Part shown: positions 60,069-64,000 of the stretch, piece by piece | Numbering within the stretch: position 1 is the first letter of the stretch | Layout of the letters: each line of letters starts with the position of its first letter | Assembly: GCA_024279035.1 (NCBI GenBank) | Contig: JAJRSA010000013.1 | Coordinates: 91,889-155,888, forward strand | Source: Alphaproteobacteria bacterium | GTDB taxonomy: Bacteria > Pseudomonadota > Alphaproteobacteria > Micavibrionales > Micavibrionaceae | Direction of reading: 5' to 3' | Length of the DNA: 64,000 nt | Program-made: the position numbers and the translations under genes | Notes under the pieces: generated by a model | What the model was told of the DNA's origin: nothing | The model's database searches: none | What the model saw: only the letters and a program-made list of their open reading frames with translations

Positions 60069-61220
60069 TTAAAAACTTTTAGGAGAATCCTGTCGGATAA
60101 TTGTTCGTCCGCGAGAAAATTCCATAATGGCAAGGCCGCGTTCAACCAATCCATTCGGACGAAATCTGAAAATACCATCTAGGCCATAAAAGCCATTTGG
60201 TCTGATGAGGTCATCTTTTGAATACTTAATGCCTCGTTTTGCTAAAGAAATGGCAAGGGCTGTTGCGTCATATCCCATACTTGCCAGACGAGGAGGGGGG
60301 ACGTCATATGTATTTTCATAGAGACGGGTAAAACGGTCTCTTTGGAGAGGGCTTGGCGCGGCATACCATGCGCCTTCTAGAGCGCTGGAATAGGTACGTT
60401 GCGCGTCATCCCACAACCCAAGACCCAAGCGTTGAAGGACTTGATTAGGGAGTCCTTTGGAGAGGAGATAATTGGAAATGCTTATGGCTGTTGTCATATC
60501 AACGGCCAAAAGAATGGCCTGTGAGTGAGAGGAGAGAATCTCATTATAGAGCCTGTTTAAATCAGGTGTTTCTCCATCTATTGTGTGAACATGTGGAGAG
60601 GGCACGTTTTGACGAGAGAGGACTTGGCGTACATTTTTAGAAACAAGCGCGCCATATTGATTGTTTTGGACAACGATTGAAAAGCGTTGATGCTTTTGTT
60701 CCATCGCATATCGTAAAATAGTTTCGACTTGTGTGCTAGGCAAAAATCCCATGGCAAAGCTGTTATAGCTGACAGCATGAGAGTCTGTTGTAAAGCCTAT
60801 GATGTTAATATTATGGGGGGCGGCCGCTGCACTTGCACTTTTGACAGAGTTTGAAAAGAGAGGGCCGAGAATAAGGTCTGCGCCGTTATTAATAGCTTCC
60901 TGTGTGGCTATTTGAGCGCCAAAAGGAGTCCCTTGTGTGTCCCGTGGAATGAGCTGAAAATCTTGAGGCGCCATATCAAAAACTGCCAATTGTGCCGCAT
61001 TTAAAATCGCTTGCCCAAGATCCCTTCCCCGTCCTGATAGGGGAACAAGAAGGGCAACTTCAACAGGGTGAGATTGTATTTGTCTGTCAGGAAGGGAGGG
61101 CGAGGGAAGAACCGTAGAACTCCCCGCTGACTCTTTCCATGTTTGAGACGTTTGAACACAGCCATTTAACGTGAATACAAGTAAAACAACGGCAAAGCAC
61201 TGTATAAGAAATTTTGTCAT
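60069..61220 (-). CDS. Lipoprotein with a type-1 periplasmic-binding fold, LpoA-like penicillin-binding-protein activator (putative)
   Basis: Lipobox LNGC. VALLVPLSGRGRDLGQAILNAAQLA pattern as in LpoA/LppC C-domains and Leu/Ile/Val-binding proteins. Confidence 0.55.
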   Translation of the reverse strand: MTKFLIQCFAVVLLVFTLNGCVQTSQTWKESAGSSTVLPSPSLPDRQIQSHPVEVALLVPLSGRGRDLGQAILNAAQLAVFDMAPQDFQLIPRDTQGTPFGAQIATQEAINNGADLILGPLFSNSVKSASAAAAPHNINIIGFTTDSHAVSYNSFAMGFLPSTQVETILRYAMEQKHQRFSIVVQNNQYGALVSKNVRQVLSRQNVPSPHVHTIDGETPDLNRLYNEILSSHSQAILLAVDMTTAISISNYLLSKGLPNQVLQRLGLGLWDDAQRTYSSALEGAWYAAPSPLQRDRFTRLYENTYDVPPPRLASMGYDATALAISLAKRGIKYSKDDLIRPNGFYGLDGIFRFRPNGLVERGLAIMEFSRGRTIIRQDSPKSF

Positions 61221-61349
61221 GAGGGCATCCTAAATAAAGAGAGTCTACTATGATATGTAGTGGTAATAGGATGGAGGGTTAAATACAAGGAAGAAACATA
61301 GCTTTCTGTCCAGAAATAGTGTAACCACATCAAAATAAAAAGGTATGAC

Positions 61350-61589
61350 TTACTCAACGTATTCTTCGTTCTCATCATAATTTTCGGGAGGAATTTGGCT
61401 AAAGAGGTCACGGGCGAGTTTTTCAGCGTGGCTCACAAGGTCTCCAAATTCTGGACGTTGAGGTCTGTAGTGAACAGATTTTGAGTTTTCGAATGCACGG
61501 ATTTCCGTATTGAGTTTTCCTAAGCGCCGTCGCGCAGAAATAGAAGTCACATATTCAGTGTTACTTTTTGAGATGAGCGTTAATCTCAT
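61350..61589 (-). CDS. Hypothetical protein (79 aa)
   Basis: Starts 3 nt after the stop of the 229-aa ORF (TAAAAGATG). Basic N-half and acidic C-tail. No motif recognised. Confidence 0.4.
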   Translation of the reverse strand: MRLTLISKSNTEYVTSISARRRLGKLNTEIRAFENSKSVHYRPQRPEFGDLVSHAEKLARDLFSQIPPENYDENEEYVE

Positions 61590-61592
61590 CTT

Positions 61593-62282
61593 TTAGTTGG
61601 CCATACCAATAATAAAAGCAAGCTGTATGCCTTCCAAAAAAGCAGCACAGATATTGAGGCATTGAACGGGAGATATATGTTGGTCTTTGCTTTCTTCTAT
61701 ACGGAAATTAAAGGTTGAGTTTTTATCTGAGGCGTTGCGGAGGATAATGCCACAGCGTCCTTGCCCTTTCTCAACAAAAACAACCAGCCCAATGTTGGAT
61801 TCATAATCGACTGTAACTGTTTTTCCAAGCTGGCTAAAGGCATCTTCGGCAAGGCGGACGGCGGAATCATAATTTTCAGGATTGGCGGCATCACATTTTT
61901 CAATAAGATCAAGAAAGGGATGATGGATCCCGCTTTCAAAAACAACTTTTCCTTGGGCATAGAGTGCAATCCATTTATGAGGATTATGTTTTTGCTCATG
62001 CGTGCCAATAAGGCGTTCCCACGCCTTTTCCCAGCTATAGGAATGGTCGTGGTACAAGAGAGACCCATTTTGTTCATAGGCGTGGACGATATGGCTTGCC
62101 ATGCGAATACACAGATGCATGTTTTGAGCACGGACAATGATTGTTTCAACAGTGATTCCTTTGGCATCGGTTAGATTGACAGCCATACGGTTGCTCATTG
62201 CAATCAAAGCACTGTCAGACGGTGCATTGATCACATCGCGAATGATAAACTTTTCTCGGAGTAATGTGGTGTTAAAATCCAT
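61593..62282 (-). CDS. Hypothetical protein (229 aa)
   Basis: Longest frame in this stretch. No signal peptide, TM or recognised motif. Confidence 0.5.
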   Translation of the reverse strand: MDFNTTLLREKFIIRDVINAPSDSALIAMSNRMAVNLTDAKGITVETIIVRAQNMHLCIRMASHIVHAYEQNGSLLYHDHSYSWEKAWERLIGTHEQKHNPHKWIALYAQGKVVFESGIHHPFLDLIEKCDAANPENYDSAVRLAEDAFSQLGKTVTVDYESNIGLVVFVEKGQGRCGIILRNASDKNSTFNFRIEESKDQHISPVQCLNICAAFLEGIQLAFIIGMAN

Positions 62283-62332
62283 GGTGTAAATAGAGTATCA
62301 TATTGGAGAAGAGAGGAACATAGTTATAACTG

Positions 62333-63130
62333 TTACTCTGGATGGATGGCAGAGATCATTTCTATTTGTTTTTCGAAGAAATCCGTGCGCGTTTGACCTA
62401 GAGTTTCTGTCCATGTCTCAATCTCTGTAGAGCTTGGAATCTCATAAAACGGTCTGTAGGCATAAGGTGTGGCCTTATCCCATTCTTTGAGTGTCTCCAT
62501 GATTTTTAAAAAACGAGGTTTTTGAGCAAGAGACCACCCATAGATTCCCTGTGCGATTGTTGTCGAGAGAAGGAGTGTTTCTGTTGCAGGGTGCGTTTTT
62601 TTACGGGCACTAATTCCACTCTCATTTACTATTGGCCACCGCTCCATGTCAAACCGAACGCGGAGTTGAGAGGCATAAAGATAGAGCGCAGCCTTCTCTT
62701 TCTTGTTCTGTGTTAAAAAATACTCTGTGGCAAGGAGGAGCACCATAGGAGAAACCTGTTCAGGATGCGCTTCAAGATATTCAATCGCCATTTTTTGTCG
62801 TGCGGGATCACTACTGAGCAGAGATTTTAAATAAGGCCACTCTTTTAGATCTTCTTCTTTGGTAAAATAAGGAATGGGATCCGTCATTTTGTCTTTGATC
62901 AAAGCTTTGATCAAAGAAGAGCGTTTCTCTTTCTTGAGTTGCTTTTCTTCTTCAGAAAGCTCGATGTTTTGAGCAGGAGAGGGGGCAGGATCCGCTGTTT
63001 TTGCAGGCGATTGTACAGGCGTAACACCAATCTTCATATGCTTCATTCCCATCTCTCTTTTTTCTGGAAACTGAGCAGATATAGGAGAGGCGAGAACGCA
63101 GAGGAGGAGAAAGAGGGCGTAAAGTTTCAT
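62333..63130 (-). CDS. Secreted hypothetical protein (265 aa)
   Basis: Signal peptide MKLYALFLLLCVLASPISA, a Pro/Ala-rich linker, then a helical body. No family recognised. Confidence 0.5.
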   Translation of the reverse strand: MKLYALFLLLCVLASPISAQFPEKREMGMKHMKIGVTPVQSPAKTADPAPSPAQNIELSEEEKQLKKEKRSSLIKALIKDKMTDPIPYFTKEEDLKEWPYLKSLLSSDPARQKMAIEYLEAHPEQVSPMVLLLATEYFLTQNKKEKAALYLYASQLRVRFDMERWPIVNESGISARKKTHPATETLLLSTTIAQGIYGWSLAQKPRFLKIMETLKEWDKATPYAYRPFYEIPSSTEIETWTETLGQTRTDFFEKQIEMISAIHPE

Positions 63131-63150
63131 AGCTGGGAGACTAACAGATT

Positions 63151-64000
63151 CTATTCAGACTTGTCATCTCTCATTTTTTTCAATAAAGGGGTGAGCGATC
63201 CTTGTGGACGGGCTCCAAAGTGGAAAAGGGCTTTATGGGCACATAAAGAGGCCAGTTTTCCACAGTGTTCAAGAGGTAAATTATGGGTTAATCCATATAG
63301 GAATCCTCCTGAGAAATGATCTCCTGCACCACAGGTATCAAGAGGCGGAGAAATGCATTCTATTGCATTCACTTTTAGTATGTTCTGATTTTTAAATATA
63401 TAGGCGCCCTCTTGGCCTAAAGTAAGGGCACCTGCTGTCTTGCAACGTGCTAAATCATCCACGATCTCTTCTGTAGTTTTGTTTGGAAAGCACGTCATGG
63501 ATTCTTTTTCATTGAAAATGACGATGTCTGCTCGTGCTGTTAAAGACTTGACCTCTTGAGGAAATGCTTTGACAACATTGACATCTCCACAGTGAAAAAC
63601 AGAGCGTGTCTGTGTGTCTTCTATATAATCCAAAATTGTATCAAATGCCTCTTTGGCATGGGGAGAGTAGAGAGAATAACCATCTAAATAGACGATCTTA
63701 CTCTGTTGGAGTGTCTCCATGTGAATGTCATGCATGCTGATCTCTTGACTGATCCCATAGTAGGAGGCGAATGTCCTTTCTGCATCGGGCGTTGTGAGAC
63801 AAAAAATCTCAGCAGTCTCCAGAGGTGTATTTGAAACAGCATGAAGAGGGTAATGTATCTTTGCCTCTCGAAGCCCTGTCAGGATCCTGCGCCCTGTAGA
63901 ATCATCGGCAAGACGCCCCATGAAGGCTGTGTGTCCTCCCAAGGCAGAGATAACATGTGCAACGTTTGACGCCGCTCCCCCTAAATTATAGGTGAGGGAG
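63151..64000 (-). CDS. PfkB-family carbohydrate/nucleoside kinase (5' partial at window edge)
   Basis: PfkB signature DTCGAGDHFSGGFLYG. The frame stays open upstream of the first Met (..NLGGAASNVAHVISALGG), so the gene runs off the window. Confidence 0.82.
   Translation of the reverse strand, partial: SLTYNLGGAASNVAHVISALGGHTAFMGRLADDSTGRRILTGLREAKIHYPLHAVSNTPLETAEIFCLTTPDAERTFASYYGISQEISMHDIHMETLQQSKIVYLDGYSLYSPHAKEAFDTILDYIEDTQTRSVFHCGDVNVVKAFPQEVKSLTARADIVIFNEKESMTCFPNKTTEEIVDDLARCKTAGALTLGQEGAYIFKNQNILKVNAIECISPPLDTCGAGDHFSGGFLYGLTHNLPLEHCGKLASLCAHKALFHFGARPQGSLTPLLKKMRDDKSE

Noticed and set aside
61697-62174. 156-aa (minus) and 137-aa (plus) ORFs overlapping the 229-aa hypothetical gene
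   Set aside because: They are alternative frames of the same AT-rich stretch. The 229-aa frame is the longest and is start/stop-coupled to the downstream 79-aa ORF. This remains an unsupported call either way.

Overview
The window is a tightly packed chromosomal segment of a flagellated alphaproteobacterium. The lineage call rests on a ChpT-type histidine phosphotransferase, an FlbD-type sigma54 activator and a fliF-fliG-fliH-fliN operon layout. GC-richer housekeeping genes alternate with visibly AT-richer accessory genes. A patatin-like phospholipase, orphan secreted proteins, RPE-like palindromic repeats and a decayed toxin-antitoxin pair suggest a host-associated lifestyle, but do not prove it. 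Gene order: flagellar cluster (fliF partial, fliG, fliH-like, fliN, motA, flbD, flhA); AmgK-like kinase; aspartate aminotransferase; patatin-like phospholipase; mfd; an 866-aa sigma70-family protein; yciB; a Glu/Leu/Phe/Val dehydrogenase; pabB-pabA-pabC; lysS with an extra C-terminal domain; an MscS-family channel; a DinG-like helicase; a hybrid histidine kinase; tRNA(CAT); an AT-rich island of three orphan genes beside a decayed MazF/RHH pair; purH; chpT; a phosphomannomutase; a tadE-tadF-tadG-like module; glpD-glpK; a FliK-like gene; a cyclophilin; purB; a GT4 glycosyltransferase; folD; yggT; an HExxH secreted protein; a receiver::PPDK-like fusion; acnA; an LpoA-like lipoprotein; three orphan genes; and a partial PfkB kinase. 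The most unusual items are these. (1) A CheY-like receiver is fused to a pyruvate-phosphate-dikinase-like module that lacks the nucleotide-binding domain. (2) The sigma factor has a ~550-aa N-terminal extension with a tandem 123-aa duplication that looks like extra region-4 HTH modules, and it has lost the region 2.3 Trp pair. (3) The LysRS carries a DUF2000/PTH2-like C-terminal domain. (4) There are two families of structured palindromic repeats, and one ~110-nt copy sits in frame inside mfd. (5) The orphan three-gene island has its own terminator. All functional calls are motif recognition by eye. No database search was run.
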